Source: Eledone cirrhosa (taxonomy: Eukaryota). From it: 64,000 nucleotides of DNA. A program made the translations under genes and the position numbers. Below are positions 38,415-52,558 of the stretch, piece by piece. Location of the stretch: assembly GCA_964016885.1 (NCBI GenBank), contig OZ024743.1, forward strand, positions 39,556,001 to 39,620,000, read 5' to 3'. Positions within the stretch are counted from its first letter, which is position 1. Every line of letters begins with the position of its first letter. The notes below the pieces were generated by a model. That model did no database searches. It was given only the letters and a program-made list of their open reading frames with translations, and had not been told where the DNA came from.

Positions 38415-39404
38415 AATTATTATTATTATTACTACTACTACTACTACTGCTGCTACCAGTTATAAAGGAAAGCAAATGTGACATATTTATCTAAAACTGT
38501 TAAAGTAAATGGAATATTTGCTTTCCAACGGAAAATGAATTCTGTCGTATTCATAGTAATTCAAAGTAATTTTTCTCATGATGCTTTTAACAGCAACATT
38601 GAATTAATATAGTTTACAGCTGATCCATCGCCTTCTACATTGCCAATGTAAATATATACAATTTCTATAGCATATTAAAATTCCCCATCGGCTAATATAT
38701 TATGAATTCAATCTTGAGGTCAGCATGACCTAGCTGGCGTTAAAATATATATTATTTCAAGGTTCTGATTACGGAAATGTATATTGTGTTGAACATTTGT
38801 GATACAGCTATCTCTCGTGGATCAATATTATTAATTCTTTTGTTTTTGCAACATTATAAAACATATCTAAAAAGAGATGAACATTGTAGAGTGATATTTA
38901 TGAATCAACATCTATATTGATGTTCATGCAACCTCGAAATCAAAGCACAGCTATTTAAGATACATTTAGCTAATTATAGAATGCATCAGATTTCAATATT
39001 TGGTTTAATTGAATGCTACGATTCACGTATGGTTTCTTTATGTATTTTTACAACGTCCTTTCTTATTATTTTTTATTCACGCAAAATAATGTGATAATTA
39101 ATTCACAACCTATTTATTTGATTCTCAGATATATTTATTAAAAAGCGTGCGTTGTAATATGTATATGTCTAAAATGCATTCCAGAGCTTCCTCAGTCCAA
39201 TTCACGGGTAAATACATTCAAACATAGAGTCTTAATTTCATATTGATTTGTACGGGCGCCGATGTAGAACAACATTTGTCTTATACATTCAAGCTTGACG
39301 GGTTCCATACAAACGATTGTTTTCAGATAGAGAGAAAGCGAGTTCGTTGAATGTTTTTGAGATTTTTATTTTGTCTATATATTTATTTCTTGTTGGCGTA
39401 GACA

Positions 39405-39664
39405 TTACAAAACAATAGAAGGGAACATAATAGTATCATTGATGATGTTGCAGATGTGCAACGAAAGAACTTTGATAGATTATATATATTTATATCTGTA
39501 TTTTTAACAGCTGGTCAATGAATGATAAACATTGATTGCCAAATAAAGTAAATTAACTATGGGTGATATAAAACGTGTAAAAGCGAAAACCAACCAAGCA
39601 GTGAGTGTGTTCTGTTATTAATTCTGGCAATATTACAACAATATGATTCTCCCCAAGTATAATA

Positions 39665-39665
<1 letters not shown>
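39405..39665 (+). mobile_element. Penelope pseudo-LTR-like fragment with a variant hammerhead
   Basis: Homologous to 44540-44795 and to the PLE terminal repeat. HHR-like fold at 39434-39477: UAUCA-UUGAUGA-U-GUUGCA/UGCAAC-GAAA-GAACUU-UGAUA. Confidence 0.65.
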
Positions 39666-39715
<50 letters not shown>

Positions 39716-39727
39716 AAATAAAATAAA

Positions 39728-40050
39728 TATATGATTCCAGTTCCTCAGTGAAATAACAACCCAACCAGGAACTGGGCATATCAGAGTATTGACAAAGTTA
39801 TACACCTCAACAATATGTGTACTCGTCTCTACCACACTAATTCGGACTGCCTGAAGAGGTTACATACAAAGATGGCTGACACCGAAATATATATAGCAGT
39901 AATAAACGAAGCCAAATTTTAAACATTTGACATATTTATTTTATTTTATTTTACATTAATCCGAAGTAACCAAACCAACCTGCGCACCTCGTCGAGTGCT
40001 CCACTCTGCATACTGAGGTGTTGGTATGCAACCAACATATACTCAAAATA
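39728..40050 (+). mobile_element. pLTR-like repeat (family E) between (TA)n tracts
   Basis: Homologous to 58800-59340 and contains a hammerhead fold. Confidence 0.7.
39846..39900 (+). ncRNA. Type I hammerhead ribozyme (family E)
   Basis: ACUGC-CUGAAGA-GGU..ACC-GAAA-UAUAUA-UA-GCAGU, with helix I ACUGC/GCAGU and a palindromic helix III. Confidence 0.72.
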
Positions 40051-40108
40051 CACATGTATGTATATATATATATATGTATATATGTGTATCTATATATATA
40101 TATATGTA

Positions 40109-40218
<110 letters not shown>

Positions 40219-40221
40219 TAT

Positions 40222-40306
<85 letters not shown>

Positions 40307-40335
40307 TATATATACATATATATACGCACACACAC

Positions 40336-40410
<75 letters not shown>

Positions 40411-40618
40411 CGTTTCTGAATTTGTTTAGCAAGATTCTTTATCTGAAATCGTGTGTTGAAACCGATATTGTTATACTTTGGGAGGGTCATGTTGCCAATA
40501 AGAAACACACGCACCAGGTGCTTTCACTTCAAATTATTATAATAAATTTATAAATTTAGGAATTTATAAATTTCTGGTTGGATGGTTGGTTCCACAACCA
40601 GGTAGTTGTTTATATATT

Positions 40619-40661
40619 GTCAAAGTTCTTTCGTCACACATTATGTGAGCTCTTCAGTGAC
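40619..40661 (-). ncRNA. Type I hammerhead ribozyme in the PLE pseudo-LTR
   Basis: GUCA-CUGAAGA-GCUCACAUAAUGUGUGAC-GAAA-GAACUU-UGAC, with helix I GUCA/UGAC, on the same strand as the RT. Confidence 0.65.
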
Positions 40662-41004
40662 TGGGGATTCCTTTCTTTGTTTGTATGCCTCTCCTTTGTT
40701 CTGTCCTACGCCATGTTGTTTCTGTGTGTGTGTTTTGTGCTCAGTCTGCGCATGCGCCACATCCGGGTGTCTGTGTGTGTTTATATTCGTTTATTTATTT
40801 GTTTATTTACATGTTACCGGTTGGTTATTTGTTCTATGTGCGTGTGTGTTCTAATTTTGTCCTTAATTGTAAGTTGTGATGTTGCTGTTCCACTCATATT
40901 TTCTATTTAATTTTGGTTGTAATTCTTTTATGTTTATTGCCTCTGTGATTTGTCTAAACATTGCGTCTTTTCTGTGTGTAGATTCTATTTTTATTTCTAT
41001 GTTC

Positions 41005-43460
41005 TCCAACCCTTATGTTCTATTTAAGCATGTTGGTAGAGTACAGATGATTATTTACTGTCTTGAAGGTCTCGCCAGTGTTCATTTATCCGTTCCCCTA
41101 CACTACGAGCTGTCTCACCTATGTAAACTATATGTTTGTCTCTACATTGTCCTCCAGTACATCGTATGCTATACACTACATTTCTAGTTTCACAGTTAAT
41201 ATGGGAGCTTATTTTACAGGTTATACATTTCTTATCTATACAGGGGCTCTTTGAAAAGGGTATGTCTTGCTAATAAGTGTTTTTTACGGAGGTACCTGGT
41301 CTTTCTACTATCTTAATATTGAGTTTATGTTTATCTAGGGCCCTTCTAAATTTGTAAGCTAAATCACCTCTAGGGGTTGTATCGATGAACATTACACTCT
41401 GGTATTTATGGCTATCATACCCTGAGTTTATTCTATTAGCCTTATTCCTAGTTTTTTCTATTCTATTCCAAAATCTGCCCCTATAAAAGGGGCAGGTCCC
41501 ATTTGTGTCATTATTTACCATTTTTTCCCATTTGGTTCTGGATCCTCCATATACTCTGATTTTATCTCTCTGATTGTAACCAGAGACTGCATATGGTGGA
41601 TGAAGTGTTGTATGTGTCTCTCTAGTTCTTCGGGGTTGCACATGCGGCACACGTTTCTCATCACCCGTACTAAATCCGCAATCAGTATGTTGATTTTGGT
41701 ATGGTTCGAAACAGCCGAGTTTCGGTGGATCAGATGTTTGGAAGTCATGGGTTTGGCATAATGGGAATGGAGGATTTATTTTTTGTTATTAATGGTATCT
41801 AACCAGAGCTCTGTGTCTAGTACAGGTAATCGATGGTTGGGTATTTACTTGGGTAGTATATAGTAAATTTAATACTCTGGTTGATGGAGTTAGCTATTTG
41901 CTGGATGCTTTCCATCGTGTTTTTCTCTAGTTCCTGACTGCTCTCTAGTGAGGGTGTCTTAACTACGATGTTTATATCATCAACGTAGCGGGAGTACATT
42001 ATCAGGGTTAAAGGGTCTTCTAATTGTTCTTTAAGTTCAAATTTAAGTCTACTGTCCCACCATACCATGAATAAGTTAACTATGTCGCCTGCAATGCTAA
42101 CACCAATGGCTGCTCCTTCCTCTTGGGCATATGTTTTTCCATTAAATTTGAAGATATGTTCCTTAAGGGTTAGTTTCATGCTGGCCCCTACCGCATGTAC
42201 AATCATTTTCTTCAGTTCATCGTGGTTTCGGGTGTCGGTATGGCTCTGGTCCACCCGTTCCATCTATCTGTGTGGGTTTTCTGGGCCATTGAGGTAATGG
42301 TACGTGGTCTGCCTCTTGCTGGTCTTGTAGGGCAAAGGTTGCTAAGGTCATATGTGTCTAGGTAATTATTACTATAGGTAAGTTTGAGTAGGAGTCCCAG
42401 CTCACTGGTATCAGTCCCACGCAACTCAACATTGCTCTCACTGATCACCTCTACTCATTTCTCCACAGCGAAATCCACGTCAATGGATGGATACAGGGAC
42501 ACAACATCCATACTACCTATTATGCAGTTTGTTAGGTCCCTAGATCGGTTACCCTCGCCGATTCTGCTGAGGAGGTCCTCCGTGCTGTCACATACACCTG
42601 GTGACATTTCAATGATGGAGCGTATGATCAGGGAGAGGAAGTAGGACAGTCTGTAGTTACTAGCAATGTTAGCTCCACAGACTGGCCGTGTTGGTTGTCC
42701 CGTGACATCGTCACTGCCCGTTTTATGGTCTTTTCGAAGCCCATACAACGCTGGCACGTCATTGTTCCAGGCCTGGACGTTGATGGCAGTCCTTTTGTTG
42801 GGCTGCGTTATATTCGTCCACATCACCATATGGGCATTAAGGGCTTTTTCTCTATCCTCATTATCCTGTGGTGTTACCTCTCTTGTGTTAGTGATGTGGG
42901 GTTGCATTGCCTGGATGTAGTTTGGCAGGCTGTCAACCGACATTCTGCCAGACTTGTCTGTTGGAAAGCATGCTATCTCTCCATTACGCGTGCGTTGCAT
43001 GACCTTACGCAAGCCATTTGCAGATTTTTCTCCCAGTTGCTGGGCCTCCATTCTATTATGCTTCTTGCTATACTGTTCTATAATATTTCTAAGTTCGGAT
43101 CTAGCTATACTAATTGGTGCTTCTGTTTGTTCATCGACCTGCGACGGCAACTGCGTGCGTTTGTTAAATGGTAAAGTCTTGGCGTGGACTCGTCACAGGT
43201 CGAACGACTTATCGGAGGGATTATAAAAAGTAGAGTTCCAGGCTGCTGCTTTATGTGTACTAGTGCTATTGTTATTGTTTGTTGTGTTGTTTCATTTTCT
43301 ATTTCTACCAACAGCCTCATGGTTGTTTCTATGTCTCTCATTATTACTCAAGTCTCTTTCCACTGGCTCATTGTTATTATCTACTCTATTTTGTGTGTCT
43401 GTGTGTTCGTCTTTATTTTCTTCGTCGTTATTTTCTTCGTCCATAGTCTCACTTCCCAGA
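41005..43460 (-). pseudogene. Frameshifted PLE RT plus GIY-YIG endonuclease ORF
   Basis: ORF fragments 42455-43150, 42212-42448, 41817-42263, 41515-41748 and 41270-41650, plus the manually read GIY-YIG segment with in-frame stops. Confidence 0.85.
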
Positions 43461-43951
43461 ATGTGTGACGAAAGAACTTTGACAATATATAAATAACTAC
43501 TTGGTTGTGGAACCAACCAACCAACCAGAAATTTATAAATTCCTAAATTTATAATTTTATTATAATAAATTGAAGTGAAAGCATCTGGTGCGTATGTTTC
43601 TTATTGGCAACATAACCCTCCCAAAGTATAACAATATCGGTTTCAACACACGATTTCAGATAAATAATCTTGCTAAACAAATTCAGAAACGAAATATCGT
43701 AAGCCTTAGCCAGGCTAACAAGATACGGAAAACCACCATGTTCTGTTGTCTACGAAAAACCATAACATGTCGACAACTACACTTCATAAAAGAATGTGCC
43801 TCGCCCCGAGTTTACACCAACACCATCAACACCTACGTAAGAAGATTACAACTCACCAGAAAGCAGACAGATAGGCTAAAACTAACACTAATTATATACA
43901 TATATATATATGTGTATATATACATATATATATATATACACATATATATAC

Positions 43952-44075
<124 letters not shown>

Positions 44076-44119
44076 ATGTATATACATATATATATACATA
44101 TATACATCTATATATACAT

Positions 44120-44179
<60 letters not shown>

Positions 44180-44189
44180 CGGCGATGAG

Positions 44190-44792
44190 TTATATAATAT
44201 CTAAATTAGAATAATATCTAAACATAGGAATGACCCAGCAGATAGGCAAATCAGAGAGGCCAGTGAAATAGAACTGTCCTAAGAGAAGTATAAATAAATA
44301 AATAAATACATACACAAGCACAATAACAACAAACACATATAAACACACACTAGTAAAGATAGAATACATTAACCGATACACACTCACCCAATCACGAACA
44401 CACATCAAACAAAACACTATACACACACGCAAACGCATGTGCAAACAAGACAAAATAAAATAAACAAACAAACAAATAAATAGATAGATGTATAGACGGA
44501 CTAAATAAAAATAGCGTAGACATACAATGTAACAGGAGGAAACAATAGAACCACTGACTATGTTGCAGATGTGCAACGAAAGAACTTTGATAAACTATAT
44601 ATATGTGTTTGTTTCTATATTGTATCTGTATTATTTTTGACAGTCCGTCAGTCAACGGCAACATTGAGGACCGAATAAATTAGATTACCGATATAAAAGA
44701 CACAGAAGCGAAAAGCGTAAACCAACCAAACAGTGAGTGTGTTCTGTTATTAATTCTTGCAATATTACACAAATATGACCCTCCCCAAGTAT

Positions 44793-44797
<5 letters not shown>
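44190..44797 (+). mobile_element. 3' end/pseudo-LTR of a related PLE with a degenerate hammerhead
   Basis: AC-rich 3' UTR-like tract, then CUGACUA-U-GUUGCA/UGCAAC-GAAAGAACUU at 44554-44590. Ends in ATG ACC CTC CCC AAG TAT AAC AAT then (TA)n. Confidence 0.6.
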
Positions 44798-44828
<31 letters not shown>

Positions 44829-44893
44829 TAAAATAACAGATTAAAGTTTAAACAAAGAATCGCTGCTTCCACCCTTAACGGGATCTTCTGAAA

Positions 44894-44971
<78 letters not shown>

Positions 44972-44975
<4 letters not shown>

Positions 44976-45770
44976 TAAACGGAATAGAAAATGCTGACAA
45001 ATTGTTCACAGTTGAAAAATGGTTTAATTAGGAATAAAAGAGTATTAGTGATTGTATGGGTTAGTATTCAGTTGTGGTTTTAAGTTTTTAAGTTTTTACC
45101 GGTTGCGCATTTCTAAATGCTTTTCAAAAATAATTTTGAGATAGAGTGTCCGTGCTGTTTGCTCTGATCTGATTAGTTTTGGGATTTCTACCTGTTTTTA
45201 TGTTAAAAAAGTGGCTCCAATTTGCAAAAATTCTTGTGGTCAAAACAATTTTTATTAGACGGTAGAGGTCATGTGAATGTAAAAAATTGATTTTGCGCCA
45301 AGACTGTTTTTATGTTAAAAAAGTGGCTCCAGCAAAAATTCTTGTGGTCAAAAAATTTTGATTGGTCGGTAGAGGTCATGTGAATAAAAAATTGGTTTTG
45401 CGCCGAGATTGAGAAATGACTCTTTCACAACAAAAAGCTGTGAATTGACCTTTTTTTGTTAAGATTTTTGATGTTCTATTAAGAGAACCGATTTTACTGA
45501 AAAAATCGAATAATGTACACCATTTTACCAGGGGGAAAAAAATACTGGTCCACCCACACACACCCACACACACACACACATATATATACACACACACACA
45601 TACACACGCGTACATCAACATACAAAGAGACTTATATACACACACACACACACACACGCACTTCTCCGTATAAGACAAAAGCTGAAAAATATCTTTTGAC
45701 ATGCTAAAATACCCCCCATTGCTTTCAGACTCATTCTTACTGACCATCCCTGCCACCACGAATTACGCTG

Positions 45771-45802
<32 letters not shown>

Positions 45803-45879
45803 TTATCTTAATAGCCATTTGACGCACATGGCTGCTAACCATTATCACAACATCGAACACCTTACTACTACTACTACTA

Positions 45880-45921
<42 letters not shown>

Positions 45922-45936
45922 ACACACATACACACA

Positions 45937-45968
<32 letters not shown>

Positions 45969-46434
45969 TATTTGTTGTGAAAGAGTCATTTCTCAATCTT
46001 GGCGCAAAACCAATTTTTTATTCACATGACCTCTACCGACCAATCAAAATTGTTTTGAACACAAGCATTTTTGCTGGAGCCACTTTTTTAACATAAGAAC
46101 AGTCTTGGCGCAAAATCAATTGTTTACATTCACATGACCTCTACCGACCAATCAAAATTGTTTTGACAACAAGAATTTTTGCAAATTGGAGACACTTTTT
46201 TAACATAAAAACAGGTAGAATTCCCAAAACTAATCAGATCAGAGCAAACAGCACGGACACTCTATCTCAAAATTATTTTTGAAAAGCATTTAGAAATGCG
46301 CAACCGGTAAAAACTTAAAAACTTAAAACCACAACTGAATACTAACCCATACAATCACTAATACTCTTTTATTCCCAATTAAACCATTTTTCAACTGTGA
46401 ACAATTTGTCAGCATTTTCTATTCCGTTTACCAA
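44972..46434. repeat. About 460-bp inverted repeat pair (44972-45434 and 45970-46434) around a (CA)n-rich spacer
   Basis: The arms are reverse complements, each has internal sub-duplications, and the outer ends sit in TA. Confidence 0.85.
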
Positions 46435-46469
46435 TATATAATAACTTGTGTGTTACACCTCTATTCTTT

Positions 46470-46512
<43 letters not shown>

Positions 46513-46565
46513 GTAAGTATGTATGTATACGTACATACATATATGTATACAGACGTACAGTAGCA

Positions 46566-46634
<69 letters not shown>

Positions 46635-46793
46635 GCATACAGGTACACATACATATATGCACGCATCAGTTTAGCCGACGTTTATTATAACGCCTGCTTT
46701 GTTCGTTTGTTTGTCAACAAATCGAACAGCCTGAATTTATGCCATACGGTGTTAAGGCAACCACGTCACCTTTTTGTTCAACACTGACACAGG

Positions 46794-46838
46794 AACGATG
46801 TACTAGTTTCAAGCTTGTTAGCTATCATCAGCACCGTT
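46794..46838 (-). ncRNA. Type I hammerhead ribozyme, first of 18 array copies
   Basis: AACGGUG-CUGAUGA-U-AGCU-AACA-AGCU-U-GAAA-CUAG-UA/CAUCGUU: 7-bp helix I, complete core, palindromic ACUAGU helix III and GUA cleavage triplet. Confidence 0.82.
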
Positions 46839-47075
46839 TACCCATCTGCCAGATATTTGAACGTTCGAAAGTATATACTTTCCTTATGAAAATTAAAGGC
46901 TGAGCAGCCTAATTTGCATATTGAGTGAGTTAAATCGGTCAGGCATACCGAAAACGATAAGTTGAAAAAAATGAAAACGAAATTTCATTTCTCACTCTTA
47001 GTATGGCACTTACTTAAATCTAAGTATGTATGTATACGTACATACATATATGTATACAGACGTACAGTAGCATGC

Positions 47076-47109
<34 letters not shown>

Positions 47110-47547
47110 GCATACAGGTACACATACATATATTCACGCATCAGTTTAGCCGACGTTTATTATAACGCCTGCTTTGTTCGTTTGTTTGTCAACAAATCGA
47201 ACAGCCTGAATTTATGCCATACGGTGTTAAGGCAACCACGTCACCTTTTTGTTCAACACTGACACAGGAACGATGTACTAGTTTCAAGCTTGTTAGCTAT
47301 CATCAGCACCGTTTACCCATCTGCCAGATAGTTGAACGTTCGAAAGTATATACTTTCCTTATGAAAATTAACGGCTGAGCAGCCTAATTTGCATATTGAG
47401 TGAGTTAAATCGGTCAGGCATACCGAAAACGATAAGTTGAAAAAAATGAAAACGAAATTTCATTTCTCACTCTTAGTATGGCACTTACTTAAATGTAAGT
47501 ATGTATGTATACGTACATACATATATGTATACAGACGTACAGTAGCA

Positions 47548-47602
<55 letters not shown>

Positions 47603-48043
47603 GCATACAGGTACACATACATATATGCACGCATCAGGTTAGCTGACGTTTATTATAACGCCTGCTTTGTTCGTTTGTTTGTCAACAAATCGAACAGCCT
47701 GAATTTATGCCATACGGTGTTAAGGCAACCACGTCACCTTTTTGTTCAACACTGACACAGGAACGATGTACTAGTTTCAAGCTTGTTAGCTATCATCAGC
47801 ACCGTTTACCCATCTGCCAGATAGTTGAACGTTCGAAAGTATATACTTTCCTTATGAAAATTAACGGCTGAGCAGCCTAATTTGCATATTGAGTGAGTTA
47901 AATCGGTCAGGCATACCGAAAACGATAAGTTGAAAAAAATGAAAACGAAATTTCATTTCTCACTCTTAGTATGGCACTTACTTAAATGTAAGTATGTATG
48001 TATACGTACATACATATATGTATACAGACGTACAGTAGCATGC

Positions 48044-48076
<33 letters not shown>

Positions 48077-48521
48077 CACATATTCATACAGGTACACATA
48101 CATATATGCACGCATCAGTTTAGCCGACGTTTATTATAACGCCTGCTTTGTTCGTTTGTTTGTCAACAAATCGAACAGCCTCAATTTATGCCATACGGTG
48201 TTAAGGCAACCACGTCACCTTTTTGTTCAACACTGACACAGGAACGATGTACTAGTTTTAATCTTGTTAGCTATCATCAGCACCGTTTACCCATCTGCCA
48301 GATAGTTGAACGTTCGAAAGTATATATATTCCTTATGAAAATTAACGGCTGAGCAGCCTAATTTGCATATTGAGTGAGTTAAATCGGTCAGGCATACCGA
48401 AAACGATAAGTTGAAAAAAATGAAAACGAAATTTCATTTCTCACTCTTAGTATGGCACTTACTTAAATCTAAGTATGTATGTATACGTACATACATATAT
48501 GTATACAGACGTACAGTAGCA

Positions 48522-48560
<39 letters not shown>

Positions 48561-48998
48561 GCATACAGGTACACATACATATATGCACGCATCAGTTTAG
48601 CCGACGTTTATTATAACGCCTGCTTTGTTCGTTTGTTTGTCAACAAATCGAACAGCCTGAATTTAAGCCATACGGTGTTAAGGCAACCACGTCACCTTTT
48701 TGTTCAACACTGACACAGGAACGATGTACTAGTTTCAAGCTTGTTAGCTATCATCAGCACAGTTTACCCATCTGCCAGATAGTTGAACGTTCGAAAGTAT
48801 ATACTTTCCTTATGAAAATTAACGGCTGAGCAGCCTAATTTGCATATTGAGTGAGTTAAATCGGTCAGGCATACCGAAAACGATAAGTTGAAAAAAATGA
48901 AAACGAAATTTCATTTCTCACTCTTAGTATGGCACTTACTTAAATGTAAGTATGTATGTATACGTACATACATATATGTATACAGACGTACAGTAGCA

Positions 48999-49073
<75 letters not shown>

Positions 49074-49514
49074 GCATACAGGTACACACACATATATGCA
49101 CGCATCAGTTTAGCTGACGTTTATTATAACGCCTGCTTTGTTCGTTTGTTTGTCAACAAATCGAACAGCCTGAATTTATGCCATACGGTGTTAAGGCAAC
49201 CACGTCACCTTTTTGTTCAACACTGACACAGGAACGATGTACTAGTTTCAAGCTTGTTAGCTATCATCAGCACCGTTTACCCATCTGCCAGATAGTTGAA
49301 CGTTCGAAAGTATATACTTTCCTTATGAAAATTAACGGCTGAGCAGCCTAATTTGCATATTGAGTGAGTTAAATCGGTCAGGCATACCGAAAACGATAAG
49401 TTGAAAAAAATGAAAACGAAATTTCATTTCTCACTCTTAGTATGGCACTTACTTAAATGTAAGTATGTATGTATACGTACATACATATATGTATACAGAC
49501 GTACAGTAGCATGC

Positions 49515-49547
<33 letters not shown>

Positions 49548-49992
49548 CACATATTCATACAGGTACACATACATATATGCACGCATCAGTTTAGCCGACG
49601 TTTATTATAACGCCTGCTTTGTTCGTTTGTTTGTCAACAAATCGAACAGCCTGAATTTATGCCATACGGTGTTAAGGCAACCACGTCACCTTTTTGTTCA
49701 ACACTGACACAGGAACGATGTACTAGTTTTAAGCTTGTTAGCTATCATCAGCACCGTTTACCCATCTGCCAGATAGTTGAACGTTCGAAAGTATATACTT
49801 TCCTTATAAAAATTAACGGCTGAGCAGCCTAATTTGCATATTGAGTGAGTTAAATCGGTCAGGCATACCGAAAACGATAAGTTGAAAAAAATGAAAACGA
49901 AATTTCATTTCTCACTCTTAGTATGGCACTTACTTAAATCTAAGTATGTATGTATACGTACATACATATATGTATACAGACGTACAGTAGCA

Positions 49993-50045
<53 letters not shown>

Positions 50046-50483
50046 GCATACAGGTACACATACATATATGCACGCATCAGTTTAGCCGACGTTTATTATA
50101 ACGCCTGCTTTGTTCGTTTGTTTGTCAACAAATCGAACAGCCTGAATTTATGCCATACGGTGTTAAGGCAACCACGTCACCTTTTTGTTCAACACTGACA
50201 CAGGAACGATGTACTAGTTTCAAGCTTGTTAGCTATCATCAGCACCGTTTACCCATCTGCCAGATATTTGAACGTTCGAAAGTATATACTTTCCTTATGA
50301 AAATTAACGGCTGAGCAGCCTAATTTGCATATTGAGTGAGTTAAATCGGTCAGGCATACCGAAAACGATAAGTTGAAAAAAATGAAAACGAGATTTCATT
50401 TCTCACTCTTAGTATGGCACTTACTTAAATGTAAGTATGTATGTGTACGTACATACATATATGTATACAGACGTACAATGGCA

Positions 50484-50568
<85 letters not shown>

Positions 50569-51006
50569 GCATACAGGTACACATACATATATGCACGCAT
50601 CAGTTTAGCCGACGTTTATTATAACGCCTGCTTTGTTCGTTTGTTTGTCAACAAATCGAACAGCCTGAATTTATGCCATACGGTGTTAAGGCAACCACGT
50701 CACCTTTTTGTTCAACACTGACACAGGAACGATGTACTAGTTTCAAGCTTGTTAGCTATCATCAGCACCGTTTACCCATCTGCCAGATAGTTGAACGTTC
50801 GAAAGTATATACTTTCCTTATGAAAATTAACGGCTGAGCAGCCTAATTTGCATATTGAGTGAGTTAAATCGGTCAGGCATACCGAAAACGATAAGTTGAA
50901 AAAAATGAAAACGAAATTTCATTTCTCACTCTTCGTATGGCACTTACTTAAATGTAAGTATGTATGTGTACGTACATACATATATGTATACAGACGTACA
51001 ATAGCA

Positions 51007-51067
<61 letters not shown>

Positions 51068-51505
51068 GCATACAGGTACACATACATATATGCACGCATC
51101 AGTTTAGCCGACGTTTATTATAACGCCTGCTTTGTTCGTTTGTTTGTCAACAAATCGAACAGCCTGAATTTATGCCATACGGAGTTAAGGCAACCACGTC
51201 ACCTTTTTGTTCAACACTGACACAGGAACGATGTACTAGTTTAAAGCTTGTTAGCTATCATCAGCACCGTTTACCCATCTGCCAGATAGTTGAACGTTCG
51301 AAAGTATATACTTTCCTTATGAAAATTAACGGCTGAGCAGCCTAATTTGCATATTGAGTGAGTTAAATCGGTCAGGCATACCGAAAACGATAAGTTGAAA
51401 AAAATGAAAACGAAATTTCATTTCTCACTCTTAGTATGGCACTTACTTAAATGTAAGTATGTATGTATACGTACATACATATATGTATACAGACGTACAG
51501 TAGCA

Positions 51506-51596
<91 letters not shown>

Positions 51597-52037
51597 GCAT
51601 ACAGGTACACATACATATATGCACGCATCAGTTTAGCTGACGTTTATTATAACGCCTGCTTTGTTCGTTTGTTTGTCAACAAATCGAACAGCCTGAATTT
51701 ATGCCATACGGTGTTAAGGCAACCACGTCACCTTTTTGTTCAACACTGACACAGGAACGATGTCTTAGTTTCAAGCTTGTTAGCTATCATCAGCACCGTT
51801 TACCCATCTGCCAGATAGTTGAACGTTCGAAAGTATATACTTTCCTTATGAAAATTAACGGCTGAGCAGCCTAATTTGAATATTGAGTGAGTTAAATCGG
51901 TCAGGCATACCGAAAACGATAAGTTGAAAAAAATGAAAACGAAATTTCATTTCTCACTCTTAGTATGGCACTTACTTAAATGTAAGTATGTATGTATACG
52001 TACATACATATATGTATACAGACGTACAATAGCATGC

Positions 52038-52069
<32 letters not shown>

Positions 52070-52507
52070 GCATACAGGTACACATACATATATGCACGCA
52101 TCAGTTTAGCCGACGTTTATTATAACGCCTGCTTTGTTCGTTTGTTTGTCAACAAATCGAACAGCCTGAATTTATGCCATACGGTGTTAAGGCAACCACG
52201 TCACCTTTTTGTTCAACACTGACACAGGAACGATGTACTAGTTTCAAGCTTGTTAGCTATCATCAGCACCGTTTACCCATCTGCCAGATATTTGAACGTT
52301 CGAAAGTATATACTTTCCTTATGAAAATTAACGGCTGAGCAGCCTAATTTGCATATTGAGTGAGTTAAATCGGTCAGGCATACCGAAAACGATAAGTTGA
52401 AAAAAATGAAAACGAGATTTCATTTCTCACTCTTAGTATGGCACTTACTTAAATGTAAGTATGTATGTATACGTACATACATATATGTATACAGACGTAC
52501 AGTAGCA

Positions 52508-52558
<51 letters not shown>

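Larger units (their letters stand above)
40409..43890 (-). mobile_element. Penelope-like element (PLE), decayed, with inverted terminal repeat
   Basis: RT motifs PTDKSG, RPVC, SMDVVSLYPSID, FNGKTYAQEEGAAIG and YSRYVDDI; thumb (AKPMTSKHLIHRNSA); GIY-YIG region at about 41005-41270 read by hand (CITC..CETRNVVYSIRC...C..VYIGETARSVGERINEH). 40409-40642 is repeated inverted at 43460-43693. Confidence 0.9.

Noticed and set aside
38460-39400. Possible host exon or promoter in the unique AT-rich stretch
   Set aside because: No ORF of 60 aa or more, no convincing splice pattern and no recognisable motif.
44826-44895. Short repeat (also 58557-58622) with a hammerhead-like skeleton on the minus strand (CAGAAGA-U-CCC..GGG-U-GGAA)
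   Set aside because: Both core boxes are mutated and helix I is not evident, so it is too decayed to call.
46912-46919. Octamer motif ATTTGCAT in each array unit, suggesting an snRNA gene array
   Set aside because: I could not recognise any snRNA, 5S, tRNA or SL RNA body in the unit, and a single 8-mer in AT-rich DNA is weak evidence.
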